64,000 nt of DNA. Origin: a virus. The stretch is taken from the IMG/VR virus record IMGVR_UViG_3300045988_174992; one strand, given 5' to 3'. The translations under genes and the position numbers were made by a program. The notes beneath the pieces were generated by a model. The model did not search any database, was not told the DNA's origin, and saw only the letters and a list, made by a program, of their open reading frames with translations. This document shows positions 34,073 through 44,320 of this stretch, one piece after another. Position 1 is the stretch's first letter; every line of letters starts with the position of its first letter.

Positions 34073-34426
34073 ATGGAAATAGATCTTGCATTAGATAATA
34101 GTAAAGTAATAGAATCACCTTTTGATGCTGCTATACAAGAATTAGATTTGTTGCTTGGAACAAATTGCACCGAAGTTTTAGGAAACCCTGGATTTGGAGT
34201 AAACATGGAACAGTTCTTATGGCAAATGACCCCATCTCCAATGGAAGTACAATCATATATACAGAGAAAGATAATAGAAAATACCTATTGGTGCAATAAG
34301 TTAAATGTAAGCATAGAAGTAAACGTCATAAAAGGATCTTTACGTGATATATATGAAGTTAAGATTGGATTGAAAGCACCAAATACTGGTAATCTAGTTA
34401 AAGAAAAGAAATATCAATACAGATAA
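34073..34426 (+). CDS. baseplate wedge protein, GPW/gp25 family
   Basis: 117 aa. LLLGTNCTEVLGNPGFGVNMEQFLWQ fits the gp25/W pattern (...G..p..P.FG..l...lf). It is followed by a J-like gene. Confidence 0.6.
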   Translation: MEIDLALDNSKVIESPFDAAIQELDLLLGTNCTEVLGNPGFGVNMEQFLWQMTPSPMEVQSYIQRKIIENTYWCNKLNVSIEVNVIKGSLRDIYEVKIGLKAPNTGNLVKEKKYQYR

Positions 34427-36079
34427 ATGAGACTATTTGAAATATTAAAGACATCTTATGAGAATTTTTCTGAAACCATGCAGGATTTTCTCAACAAATC
34501 ATTTGGTGGTTTAGGACAAGCATATTCCCAATCATCAATATTTGGATCCGTATTAGAAGGAATAAAGGGTGTCATGCAAAATATGATGTTCTACATAGAA
34601 GATGCTATGACAGAACAGAATATATTTACTGCTACTAGAAAGAAGTCAATATACAGCTTAGCAAAAATAAGTGGATATGATGCATATTATGGTGCCGCTG
34701 CTTCAGGTACTGTGCTCATTTCTAATAAGATATCTAATTCAACTGATAAGATAGTTATAGAAGATGAATGCCAGTTGATGAATGATTCAACTGGTGTAAC
34801 ATATTCTGTTGATTTACCTGTTGATTCCATGGTAATAGATATGAGTAAACCATTAGTTACACATTCTATATCTATTTTACAAGGTACATGGAAAAGAGCA
34901 ACTGCTACAGCTAAAGGAGAACCATTAGAAACAATAGAAGCAGAAGTAAATAGCTTGTATGACATCAATCACATGAAAGTATATGTAAATGGAGAAAGAT
35001 GGTCAATATCAAGTTGTTTGTATGATATGATAGAAGATGAACATAGTTGTGTAGTAAAGAATGGTTATGATGGTGGATTCTCTGTTATGTTTGGTAATGG
35101 ATATCATGGACACAATTTAAGTGAAGGTGACCAAATAACTGTAAAATACATATCTCATGATGGAAGTCTTGGAAATATTTCACCATCAGATGATGTTACT
35201 TTGAAATTCAAATCTTCTGTAAGAAATTCTATTGGAGATTTAGTAGAAGCTAATGACTTGTTGAATATCACAATAACAAGCTATATATGTGGAGGTACAG
35301 ATGCTGATACTATTGCAAATGTAAAAGAATTAGTTGGTATGAATTCTAGATCTTTAGTATTGGCAAGTGAAGACAATTTCAAGATGTTCCTAAAGAGATT
35401 TTCGTTTGTTGGACAATTCAATTTGATGTCATCTAGAAATTCTACAAAGATAACTTGTATTGCATTTTCTAAATTCAAAGATCACTTATCTACTCCAAGT
35501 GATTATTTGGAATTAAGTAAAGAATCTATGCTATTGACTGATAATCAAAAATCCATGATTATTCAAGCTTTAGAACAATCAAACAAAGCTTTTGTTGGTA
35601 CTTCCCTTGCTTTTGTAGATCCAATAATAAGAAGATACTCTATCATGTGCTATATAAAGCTATCAACATCTACAATAAAAGATTCTATAAAAAACAGCAT
35701 AACTAATGTAATATCTAATTATTTCATGTCATTACCTACTGATACGTTGTTCATAAGTAAATCTGAATTGATATCGTATGTTACAGAAAATACTAATGGA
35801 TTGCTTAGCTTTGACTTGGATTTCATATCAGAAGCAGATGAGATAGCTAGATACAGGGGTTATTGGTATAAGAAAGAACTTCATTTTACATCATCTAAAG
35901 ATTTAAGTTATGTTGATGTAAGAACAATATATGATAAGTCAGATATGATTGGATTGGACGAAGTTGGAAATATAAGACTTAAGACAAATCTAGAAATGCC
36001 AATTATCCATAAATGTACTATGACTTATGATGACATGACACAACAGCAAGTAGAACCAATACAGTTCTTCTTCTTATAA
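34427..36079 (+). CDS. baseplate J-like protein (P2 gpJ / T4 gp6 family)
   Basis: Size, position after the gp25-like gene, and the characteristic ICGGTDADTIANVKEL segment (compare GG.d.E....lR). Confidence 0.6.
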   Translation: MRLFEILKTSYENFSETMQDFLNKSFGGLGQAYSQSSIFGSVLEGIKGVMQNMMFYIEDAMTEQNIFTATRKKSIYSLAKISGYDAYYGAAASGTVLISNKISNSTDKIVIEDECQLMNDSTGVTYSVDLPVDSMVIDMSKPLVTHSISILQGTWKRATATAKGEPLETIEAEVNSLYDINHMKVYVNGERWSISSCLYDMIEDEHSCVVKNGYDGGFSVMFGNGYHGHNLSEGDQITVKYISHDGSLGNISPSDDVTLKFKSSVRNSIGDLVEANDLLNITITSYICGGTDADTIANVKELVGMNSRSLVLASEDNFKMFLKRFSFVGQFNLMSSRNSTKITCIAFSKFKDHLSTPSDYLELSKESMLLTDNQKSMIIQALEQSNKAFVGTSLAFVDPIIRRYSIMCYIKLSTSTIKDSIKNSITNVISNYFMSLPTDTLFISKSELISYVTENTNGLLSFDLDFISEADEIARYRGYWYKKELHFTSSKDLSYVDVRTIYDKSDMIGLDEVGNIRLKTNLEMPIIHKCTMTYDDMTQQQVEPIQFFFL

Positions 36080-36091
36080 AATATATAGATA

Positions 36092-37012
36092 TTGAATGCT
36101 ATGACAGTAGAAGAACTGAAAAAATCATCACCAGTTTTAGTAAATAGAGATGTATGGGAAAGAATAAAAAATGAAAATTCATCTGTTGGAGAGACCTCTG
36201 ATAAGATAAATTTCACAGCAATACATCTTTATTACAAATCAATAAATGAAGTAGAGTATTCATTGTTGAATAATGCTGCTAAAGATTGTTGCTATCGAAT
36301 ACCAGATAACCTTAAAGAACTTGATGGATATCTGCTTTTTGTAGGAGATTTAGATAATATAGATGACTATTGGAAAGAACAAATAGAAAATCTTAAGAAG
36401 AATGATCTTTTGATAGAATTAGAAGTTTCTGAAAAGATATTTGAAAATGATTATTTTGAAAAGTATACTAGGCAAATAAAGAGGTTAGATATCACTTATG
36501 TCGTACATTGGAAAAATCTAGTAAAGTTTTCTAAACCATTAGGTATACCAGTAATAGATACATTAAAAGGGTTATCTGAAGATATTTTAGGATCAGAAGA
36601 TAAGACAATAGTAAATTCTAAAGTAGAAGAATTGAAATCTATTTATCTAGATCCATTGATATATAAAGTAAGTTTCCCATTAATCAATAAGAAAGTACCT
36701 TCTAATTTACTTGACATAATATCTTATGGATGCAAGAAACATGATATAGATAAACTGAAACATTATTCATATAGATATTCATATAGAGATGGGAATACAG
36801 AAAAGATATATATACTTGCAATAGTAGATAAGCTTAGTGATAATATATGTACTATAAGATTCCAATCAGAAAAATTAAATGACAAAGATCATTATCTATA
36901 TTTTAATTATGAACTGTTTGAATATTTAGGAAATAAAAAGGTTATAAAGAAAATATATGACAATTCTGAATATTGGACAGAAAAGACAAAATCAGATTTA
37001 ATAAGTAAATAG
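36092..37012 (+). CDS. hypothetical structural-module protein (306 aa)
   Basis: ORF following the J-like gene. Confidence 0.5.
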   Translation: MNAMTVEELKKSSPVLVNRDVWERIKNENSSVGETSDKINFTAIHLYYKSINEVEYSLLNNAAKDCCYRIPDNLKELDGYLLFVGDLDNIDDYWKEQIENLKKNDLLIELEVSEKIFENDYFEKYTRQIKRLDITYVVHWKNLVKFSKPLGIPVIDTLKGLSEDILGSEDKTIVNSKVEELKSIYLDPLIYKVSFPLINKKVPSNLLDIISYGCKKHDIDKLKHYSYRYSYRDGNTEKIYILAIVDKLSDNICTIRFQSEKLNDKDHYLYFNYELFEYLGNKKVIKKIYDNSEYWTEKTKSDLISK

Positions 37013-37014
37013 AA

Positions 37015-37914
37015 ATGGTAGGATTAGAAGGTTACATATTTGAGAATGCAAGAACAACCCATTCTAATAAAGAACGTAAAGAAGAATTAGAAAAGTGGCT
37101 TAAAGGAAAGAAATATCCTGATTATGTAAAGATACTCAACAAAATGCTTGATGATCCAAAAGCTAAGACTTTGCTTGAGGATGGCTTTGGTGGTGATTTA
37201 GGAGATACAAAGTTTGTATTTAAAGTAAAGCTTATCAAGCCATTAAAATTAAGACCAACACAAAATGAGATAGATGTTGATAAATCTGTAAAACATAGCC
37301 TTACTAATTCTGATAATATGAAAGATTTGTTTAAAGATGAAATCATTACTGCCGGCATGCCATTAGTAACATTTAGAGGTAATTATGTTATAGATGGTCA
37401 TCACCGTTGGTCAGAATGTGCTATGATTAATCCTGAAGGAAAGATGGTATGTTTTGATTATGATGCTGATATAAGCCCTATCCAAATGTTGAAAGCTGTA
37501 CAAGGTAATATTGCAGCTGCTTTAGCAGTTAGAGATGAAGATCCTGAAATACCATCAGGAAAGACAAATGGTCCTAATTTATATGATAAAGAATGGGATA
37601 GAGAAAAGATTCATGAATATGTAGATGATAAATTGCGAGAAGAACCTGCAAAAATCTTTTTACAGAAAATGAATATTGATACAGATAAAGGTGAAGATAT
37701 AAGAAAGAAAGCATTACAAGTTATCTGTGATAATATTTGGAATGTAAAGATAAACAATTATCCAGAAGATAATGCCCCATCTAGAGGTGAAATGCCACAA
37801 ACAGATAAAGCAGGTCAACAAAAAGGTTCTAAACCAAGTAGTTATCCCGATAAAGAAGGTTCTGCTTTAAATAGAATGAAAAATGGAAAATTTGATAGTG
37901 GTGCTATTAAATAA
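37015..37914 (+). CDS. ParB/Srx-fold (ParB-like nuclease domain) protein
   Basis: LKLRPTQNEID... followed by FRGNYVIDGHHRWSE (the DGHHR motif of the ParB N-terminal domain). The C-terminal tail is disordered and K/G/S-rich. Confidence 0.55.
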   Translation: MVGLEGYIFENARTTHSNKERKEELEKWLKGKKYPDYVKILNKMLDDPKAKTLLEDGFGGDLGDTKFVFKVKLIKPLKLRPTQNEIDVDKSVKHSLTNSDNMKDLFKDEIITAGMPLVTFRGNYVIDGHHRWSECAMINPEGKMVCFDYDADISPIQMLKAVQGNIAAALAVRDEDPEIPSGKTNGPNLYDKEWDREKIHEYVDDKLREEPAKIFLQKMNIDTDKGEDIRKKALQVICDNIWNVKINNYPEDNAPSRGEMPQTDKAGQQKGSKPSSYPDKEGSALNRMKNGKFDSGAIK

Positions 37915-37955
37915 ATCATATTTTTATCTATAAAGATATCTTTAGAATAAATAAA

Positions 37956-38156
37956 ATGAAAAGTTTATTAGAATCATTAAACGATGCTTTAGTTTTTGAA
38001 GAAGAAGCTGAAGTATTTGTTGTAAAGGATAAGGATGATGGTACTATCATTACTGTTTGCGACACTGAAGCTCAAGCTAAGAAAGCTGTAGCAGATGCAG
38101 AAAATGGAAACAACTATGAAGTTGTAAAAGATAAAAAATCAAATTACGTAAAATAA
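37956..38156 (+). CDS. hypothetical protein (66 aa)
   Basis: Short acidic ORF between the ParB-like and AAA+ genes. Confidence 0.45.
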   Translation: MKSLLESLNDALVFEEEAEVFVVKDKDDGTIITVCDTEAQAKKAVADAENGNNYEVVKDKKSNYVK

Positions 38157-38160
38157 AGAT

Positions 38161-39804
38161 ATGTCATTTTTAGATTTTGTAAAGCATAAAGATATGATGA
38201 ATGAGAATGCTCAATGGATAAATGAAGCATTCAAAGAGAAAGATTATAATAAAGCAAAGAAGGCAATTCTCAGTATATTGAAAAAAGAAATTACTGTAGG
38301 AAATGTATACTACTTAGGTGTATATGATTTAAAAGTTGATGGCAATGATTGTAGTTCAGCAATGTATGTTGTAGTAGATAAGGATGATGTATCAATGAAA
38401 TCATCATTTAGCATCAACTTTTTGAAGAGTGGACAATCTATGGTACCTTATTCAATTATTTTCTTTGATAAATCTTATTGTACATCAATGTTATGGGGCA
38501 ATGTTTCAAATTATACAGCTAAGGCACAACTTGAAATCAAGATGATGGGTGCTAGCATTGTTTATTATATTCCAGTAATTGCAAATGTAATAAACAGTGG
38601 TAAGTTTGATATTTCATCAGAAGAAGCAGTAAAGCTTGGGCGTAAAGTATATGATACCAAGAATGAATGTGTTTCTTGGGATATGTATTTTGGTGCCCAG
38701 AAATATCATATTTATGAAGGAATTTCTGAAGATAAGGTTATTGAAAAATTCCATTTAAATCTTGGTCATAAATACAAGAAAGTTGATGATACATATCAAT
38801 GGATAAATGAAACAGAGCTTGAAGATCGTAAGAAAGAAGTATATGCTAAGATGAAAGAAAATACTGATCCAGATGTTGGTAAAGCTCTCTATAAAGAATA
38901 TCGCCAGATATTGAATGCTATTAAAGGTGGTGCAACATCTTTGGAAGATCTTGAATGTTCTGTGAAGAAAAATGTTTCAGTATCATCTAGTATTCCTGGT
39001 GCTGCAGAAGCACAAAAGAAGATTGAGATAGCTAAGTCAGATCCTAAGACGGCATTCAAGGAAATGCAGATGTATGTTAAGATGGTTATCAAAGGAATTC
39101 AACCTGCTGTAATTCTTTGTGGTGCACCTGGTGTTGGTAAGACTTATCGTATCATGCAACAATTGAAAGCTGCTGGATATACTATGAATGGTGATAATGT
39201 AATCAAAGGTAAGTGTTCTCCACGTCAGCTTTATTTAACACTTTATAACAATAAAAGTAAAGGTGATATTGTTGTTATCGATGATGCGGATTCGTTAGTA
39301 GGACCAAAGGCACCTGAGGATAGCATTAATATTCTTAAAGCTGCATTAGATTCCACTGCTGATGATGAAGGTCGTCTTGTATCATATAAGATTTCTGGTG
39401 AACTTAAGGATGATGAAGGTGTTCCAGTTCCTAAGTCCCATTACAACAAGTGCGGTGTTATTGTAATCACAAACTATAATGTTGGTCAAATTGATACCGC
39501 TCTTAGAAATAGAGCATTCACCCAGTCACTTGAATTCTCTGTATCAGATTTGCTTGGTATTGTAAGAGATTTGATGCCAAAGATTGAACCAGAACATCTT
39601 TCAATGTCATCTAAAGCTAAAGCAATGAATTTCCTTGAAAAGTTAGTAGAAGATAAGGAACCAATTGAAGTGAGTATAAGGTCATTTATTACTTGCTCGA
39701 GGATTTATGAAAATGCTGAAGATGAAGAAGAATTGAAGCTCTGTGAGAAAATGATCAGAGAGCAAATGCGTAATCAATCCCTTCGAGGAGGAAAGAAATT
39801 TTAA
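38161..39804 (+). CDS. AAA+ ATPase (547 aa)
   Basis: Walker A in ILCGAPGVGKTY, Walker B in IVVIDDADS, and sensor/Arg in VIVITNYN...ALRNRAF. Confidence 0.7.
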   Translation: MSFLDFVKHKDMMNENAQWINEAFKEKDYNKAKKAILSILKKEITVGNVYYLGVYDLKVDGNDCSSAMYVVVDKDDVSMKSSFSINFLKSGQSMVPYSIIFFDKSYCTSMLWGNVSNYTAKAQLEIKMMGASIVYYIPVIANVINSGKFDISSEEAVKLGRKVYDTKNECVSWDMYFGAQKYHIYEGISEDKVIEKFHLNLGHKYKKVDDTYQWINETELEDRKKEVYAKMKENTDPDVGKALYKEYRQILNAIKGGATSLEDLECSVKKNVSVSSSIPGAAEAQKKIEIAKSDPKTAFKEMQMYVKMVIKGIQPAVILCGAPGVGKTYRIMQQLKAAGYTMNGDNVIKGKCSPRQLYLTLYNNKSKGDIVVIDDADSLVGPKAPEDSINILKAALDSTADDEGRLVSYKISGELKDDEGVPVPKSHYNKCGVIVITNYNVGQIDTALRNRAFTQSLEFSVSDLLGIVRDLMPKIEPEHLSMSSKAKAMNFLEKLVEDKEPIEVSIRSFITCSRIYENAEDEEELKLCEKMIREQMRNQSLRGGKKF

Positions 39805-39840
39805 CTTTTATTAACAATTAATTAAATAATTTAACATAAG

Positions 39841-39884
39841 TGTTGTCTATTTTCTTTTATAAGAAGAATTTAGACAACATTTTG
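39841..39884 (+). terminator. hairpin followed by a T-run after the AAA+ gene
   Basis: TGTTGTCTA...TAGACAACA (9-bp stem with an internal sub-stem) followed by TTTTG. Confidence 0.5.
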
Positions 39885-39934
39885 TATATTGATAAAATGC
39901 ATACTATTTTTAATAAACTTACAGAACATTAAGA

Positions 39935-40468
39935 ATGAAAAGCTTAAGTGATTTGATTTTAGAAGCAGAAGATCAACAAAATAACAATCAGAATAATGAT
40001 CAGCAAAATAATGACCAAAATCAACAAGATAATAAAAACAAATCTGTAAAAGGTGATGCTGGTACATTCAAGCAATGGCCAGCTTTTGAAACAACTGTTA
40101 AAGGATGGATTAAAGTCATGTCTGGTCAAGAAGAAGCAAAAGATAGTTTCTTCGATGGTGGTTTCTTAGTACCAAATAGTATAGCTGGATGTGTTACAAA
40201 TACACAGGCTAAGACTGCAACATTAACTAAGCAACTTGATTCTACTTGTAAAGTTTTGATAACAGAATTTTCGTCTGATTTCAGTTTCTTGTTAGATAAT
40301 TTGAAACCTTATGGATATCAATCATCTGGTTGGTCTAAGACAAAAGGTCCAAAGATTGCAGATATCATTAAATCTATGAAGGCTGAAGCTAAATCAGGTA
40401 ATTCTGAAGAAAACAAAAATAATGACAATAAAGACAATGGAAACAGTAATAATGGAGGTACCATGTAA
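39935..40468 (+). CDS. hypothetical protein with N/Q/D-rich low-complexity termini (177 aa)
   Basis: ORF with QQNNNQNNDQQNNDQNQQDNKNK at the N-terminus and NKNNDNKDNGNSNNGG at the C-terminus. Confidence 0.55.
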   Translation: MKSLSDLILEAEDQQNNNQNNDQQNNDQNQQDNKNKSVKGDAGTFKQWPAFETTVKGWIKVMSGQEEAKDSFFDGGFLVPNSIAGCVTNTQAKTATLTKQLDSTCKVLITEFSSDFSFLLDNLKPYGYQSSGWSKTKGPKIADIIKSMKAEAKSGNSEENKNNDNKDNGNSNNGGTM

Positions 40469-40562
40469 TCAAACAACCAATACTTATTGTGAAGGAATGG
40501 TAACAGAAGATTCCAAGAAAAAGAAAACAACAAATGATATAATTTCAGATTAAGGTGATCCA

Positions 40563-40844
40563 ATGAAACAGATAAATGAATATCTTGAGAAACCTATAAA
40601 TGAATCTCAAGTTTATGATGACATCATTAATTCACTTCAAGAATCTAAAGAACAAGGTAAACCTATAGAAGAAGGACTTTTTACAGGTTTATTTGCTGGT
40701 GCTGCGGCTTTTACTGTTGGCCCTACAATAATGAAAGCCGTTGCTAATGTTCTTGGAATTGATTTGAAGGGTCCATTAGGTAGTTTAATGACAAGTCGAT
40801 TGATTTTAACTGCAGTTGGAGCAAAATTGGGATACCGTATTTGA
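40563..40844 (+). CDS. hypothetical Gly/Ala-rich hydrophobic protein (93 aa)
   Basis: ORF containing GLFTGLFAGAAAFTVGPTIMKAVANVLG. Confidence 0.5.
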   Translation: MKQINEYLEKPINESQVYDDIINSLQESKEQGKPIEEGLFTGLFAGAAAFTVGPTIMKAVANVLGIDLKGPLGSLMTSRLILTAVGAKLGYRI

Positions 40845-40860
40845 TATCCCAATTTTATTT
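40829..40860 (+). terminator. hairpin followed by a T-rich tract at the end of the plus-strand block
   Basis: GGGATA-N10-TATCCC followed by AATTTTATTTTT. Confidence 0.45.
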
Positions 40861-40896
40861 TTACTTTATTCCTTGAACATAACCAAGTGATGTTCA

Positions 40897-42225
40897 TTAT
40901 TTTAGATATTTTAATTCTTTCAAATACTTTGTACAAATTGCATTTCCATAAAGATAAGCAATTACACTCTTCATTGGATCATTTATGATATATGAAGTCA
41001 ATTTCATCCAAATAATACCAACGATAATCTTTATATTTGTATCAATTGGCATATCATCCAAATCAATTTGTGTAATTGAAGAAAAATCACCGGATGGATA
41101 TTTCAATTTAAGATTCATACCATCAGAATAATCAATTTCTTCAATTGTAACATAAGGAGCACTATTGAATCTTGAATATCCATTAAGTCCATAGCAGAAT
41201 TTTGCAATATCATATTCTGCCATTCCTAATCCAATTGTCTTAAGGTTTCCAAAATATCCACGTGGATCAATAAAGATTACATTACCATCTTTATCAATCA
41301 TTGTATTATCTGTATTTGGATCACCGTGACAAAGGCATGCATTGAAATTGACTTCATTATTCTCATACCATTTCTTTAATGCATCCATCAATACATTAAA
41401 ATGTGTTGTAATTGGCATGTAATCAATACATCTTACTTCAGTTTCCTCAATGAAATAATCAATCAGTTTCTTACATGGATTTACTCTAGTATATACTTTT
41501 CCAATTAATTCATTATAGAATGCTCTTCTGATATCTTCATCTTCATCATCTACATCTATATCAACATCATTAATAGTATGTAAAGCTTTGATTACATTAG
41601 AAATCAATTTCTTAAAATCTCCATTTTTGTAATACCATTCTTGTGCTGTTACTCCATCGATTTTATTCAAAATCAATTCATGTTTGTTTTCATCATATCC
41701 TTGTTTTCCACACAAACATGGTATATTGCTATATCTGTCATAGAAATCATTTTCAATCTTTTGTAATTTGATAGCATCTTCTGTTTTTGCAATCTTAATT
41801 ACTTTATCATCTTCAATTTTAATCTGATTGAAATATCTGCATGTATTTTTAGTTGACAAATCCCTAAGATATTTCTTTTGGTCAAATTCATCTCTAATAC
41901 CTCTATCCCAACATTCAATAGAAAAAGTTTTTGTCAAATCACCCATCCTATCAATTTCAGAAATTACATGTACTCTATCATAATATTCTCTATTATGGCA
42001 AAGAAATGAATTTAACAACTCAGCATATTCATGAAATGCCTCATAAACATAAATATCACCATCATATTTATCAAGCAACTCATCAATTTTTCTTTCAATT
42101 ATAGTTTTTTCTCCATCTGTAACCAAGTAAAATGGAAAAACCAACTCTAAATTAAGCTCCATATAATGGCTTTCTGGATAATGTGACTGAACAACAAATA
42201 AACAATTCTTTTTCATTTTCATCAA
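40897..42225 (-). CDS. protein-kinase-fold small-molecule (sugar/choline-type) kinase
   Basis: CLCHGDPNTDNTMIDKDGNVIFIDPRGYFG is the canonical H.D....N ... D catalytic and Mg-binding pattern of APH/choline-kinase-like enzymes. The ~130-aa N-terminal domain is unknown. Confidence 0.6.
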   Translation of the reverse strand: MMKMKKNCLFVVQSHYPESHYMELNLELVFPFYLVTDGEKTIIERKIDELLDKYDGDIYVYEAFHEYAELLNSFLCHNREYYDRVHVISEIDRMGDLTKTFSIECWDRGIRDEFDQKKYLRDLSTKNTCRYFNQIKIEDDKVIKIAKTEDAIKLQKIENDFYDRYSNIPCLCGKQGYDENKHELILNKIDGVTAQEWYYKNGDFKKLISNVIKALHTINDVDIDVDDEDEDIRRAFYNELIGKVYTRVNPCKKLIDYFIEETEVRCIDYMPITTHFNVLMDALKKWYENNEVNFNACLCHGDPNTDNTMIDKDGNVIFIDPRGYFGNLKTIGLGMAEYDIAKFCYGLNGYSRFNSAPYVTIEEIDYSDGMNLKLKYPSGDFSSITQIDLDDMPIDTNIKIIVGIIWMKLTSYIINDPMKSVIAYLYGNAICTKYLKELKYLK

Positions 42226-42240
42226 TTTTAAATCAATACT

Positions 42241-42272
42241 AATATAGACTAGTTTCTTAAGGTATTCAAAAG
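42241..42272 (-). promoter_or_regulatory. Bacteroides-type -33/-7 promoter inside the 3' end of the SIS gene
   Basis: Minus strand reads CTTTTGAATACCTTAAGAAACTAGTCTATATTAG. Confidence 0.4.
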
Positions 42273-42902
42273 ATTAGTGACTTTTGATTGTAATGTTCCG
42301 GATGGATGACTCTTTTGTAATCTTTCACACATTTTTACTATGCCAAGCTCTTCTGATTTGAATGCACCAGATATAGCTGTGGACATTACTGCTTCAAATA
42401 TTATGTTTGATGTAGCCGGTACAATCCCAAATCCATCCAACTCTCCTGGATCTGTTTTTATATGACAGATGAAATCAATATCTTTGCATGACCTTACTTT
42501 ATTCAATTGCATTTCATTTGACATGCAAATCATTACAACTTTGCATTTTGGACGCAATTGTTTCATGTATTTAAACAACACATAAAGTTCATTTGAACAC
42601 CCGGATTTTGACATGGCGATCAACAAAGATGGTTTGTCAACTGAAATAGGTCCTAAATCCCCATGTCCTGCTAAGCATGCATCTATGAATTGTCCATCAA
42701 CCATTATTGATTTCAATGTAGCAGCATTCTTTTGTGCTATATATCCTGGCTTACCTATTCCTGTAATATATATTGTTTGATTGTCTAATATAGCTTCTTT
42801 AATCATATCAGAAAGAATGTTTATGTTTTTCATGGACCCAACGTCATTCCTCATTGTATTTAATGAAGCCAAGCAATCATTTATGAAATCGAAATTTATC
42901 AT
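42249..42902 (-). CDS. SIS-domain sugar-phosphate isomerase, KdsD/KpsF (arabinose-5-phosphate isomerase) type
   Basis: ITGIGKPGYIAQKNAATLKS matches G.GKSG.I..K.aaT, and AMSKSGCSNEL matches S.SG.T.E. There are no CBS domains. Confidence 0.65.
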   Translation of the reverse strand: MINFDFINDCLASLNTMRNDVGSMKNINILSDMIKEAILDNQTIYITGIGKPGYIAQKNAATLKSIMVDGQFIDACLAGHGDLGPISVDKPSLLIAMSKSGCSNELYVLFKYMKQLRPKCKVVMICMSNEMQLNKVRSCKDIDFICHIKTDPGELDGFGIVPATSNIIFEAVMSTAISGAFKSEELGIVKMCERLQKSHPSGTLQSKVTNLLNTLRN

Positions 42903-43018
42903 AAAATTATTTTATTTTTAAACAACTAAGAATTAAATATTGTACTTTAATAAAATAGAAATTAAGTGTTTCGGTTTCATCCGAACCTATTCATAAATAA
43001 ATTATACCAAAAACTAAA

Positions 43019-44299
43019 ATGAATCTAAATTTGATTAAAGGCCTTCAATTTGCTGAAAAGCTCAACATGACAGAGGCTATTACCGAGTCGGGTAAGGAAT
43101 TCTTGAAATCTTATCGTGGCTATCTTTACACAAATCCAGCAAGCTATGGCCTTGTCAATGGTTTCATATCTGAAGCATGCAACCATAAGTATGACAATGG
43201 CATTGCTTCTATTTTAGAGTCAGTTCTGAAGTATGTAACAGAAAACAAGATAAGTTGGAAGATTGCAAGTGCATGTGAGATCATTGAAAACTCTAATGAT
43301 CCTTATGGTTATATTGCTAAGGAAGGTTGCAAGACAGCAGAAAAGCTTCTTGAAATGAATGAACCAGAAGTAGTACAGTATATTAAGGCTGGAGCACTAA
43401 AATCTATCCAGTACATTCCAGAATTCAGAAACATTTGTAAAGAGGTATATGGTACAATGCATGTTGATGAAGTACGTACACAACAATATTCACTCATCAA
43501 TCCATTGTCTTATGCCATTGTAAATGAAGATGAAACCTGGTTCTGTGTAAATGGTCTTACTTATTGTATTAAAGAAGGTAAAGTAGAAAATAAGATGTGT
43601 GAAGATCAAACTTTCAACACTATCAACTATCTTCTTCCTAACTTTGAAAAGGTAGATGAAAGTCTTGTGTTTACTTGGACTCCTAACTTTGGTGAAAAAC
43701 CATTTACTTTTGTTCTTGCTGAATCTGGTATTCAACTTAAGAAGGATGGTATTGTAGATGAATCATTCAACAATACAGTAGACTTTAAAGTTTATTGTGA
43801 CAATCTTTCTACTACAATGTTTGGTGTCACTAAGACTAACTTCATGAATATAGTAGCGAATGTTGCTACTGTACAAGAAGGTATGGACAACATTTGTGAA
43901 GTAGATAATGCCAAGATTCTTGAATGTGCAGATGGCAGCATTGCTACAATTGTAGAAGCTAAAGAAAATGTTGCACTGACTTGGAATCGTAGTGCACAAG
44001 TAAAGTGTAATGAATGCCAGAATTTTGAATACATGCATGAAGCATTGGATCAAATTAAGGCTTTGACTAACATCAATCTTCGTGAAAACTATCAAGCTCG
44101 TATTGATGAAGATTTGAAGAAAGAAGACCCAGATTCTTATGCTCAGATTCATGAACAACTGCAAGCAAATAAAGATGCAAAGATTGAATCTCGTCGTATG
44201 AAGATACAGCAACTTGCAGAATCTTATAAGAATGATCCTACAAAGATTGCTATTCTTTCTACATTAAGTAAAGAACTTGCAATGCTTGAAAACAAATAA
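43019..44299 (+). CDS. hypothetical protein (426 aa), probably abundantly expressed
   Basis: Isolated plus-strand gene with a strong terminator and a C-terminal coiled-coil-like region. No motif recognised. Confidence 0.6.
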   Translation: MNLNLIKGLQFAEKLNMTEAITESGKEFLKSYRGYLYTNPASYGLVNGFISEACNHKYDNGIASILESVLKYVTENKISWKIASACEIIENSNDPYGYIAKEGCKTAEKLLEMNEPEVVQYIKAGALKSIQYIPEFRNICKEVYGTMHVDEVRTQQYSLINPLSYAIVNEDETWFCVNGLTYCIKEGKVENKMCEDQTFNTINYLLPNFEKVDESLVFTWTPNFGEKPFTFVLAESGIQLKKDGIVDESFNNTVDFKVYCDNLSTTMFGVTKTNFMNIVANVATVQEGMDNICEVDNAKILECADGSIATIVEAKENVALTWNRSAQVKCNECQNFEYMHEALDQIKALTNINLRENYQARIDEDLKKEDPDSYAQIHEQLQANKDAKIESRRMKIQQLAESYKNDPTKIAILSTLSKELAMLENK

Positions 44300-44320
44300 G
44301 ATATAAAATAATATAAAAGA

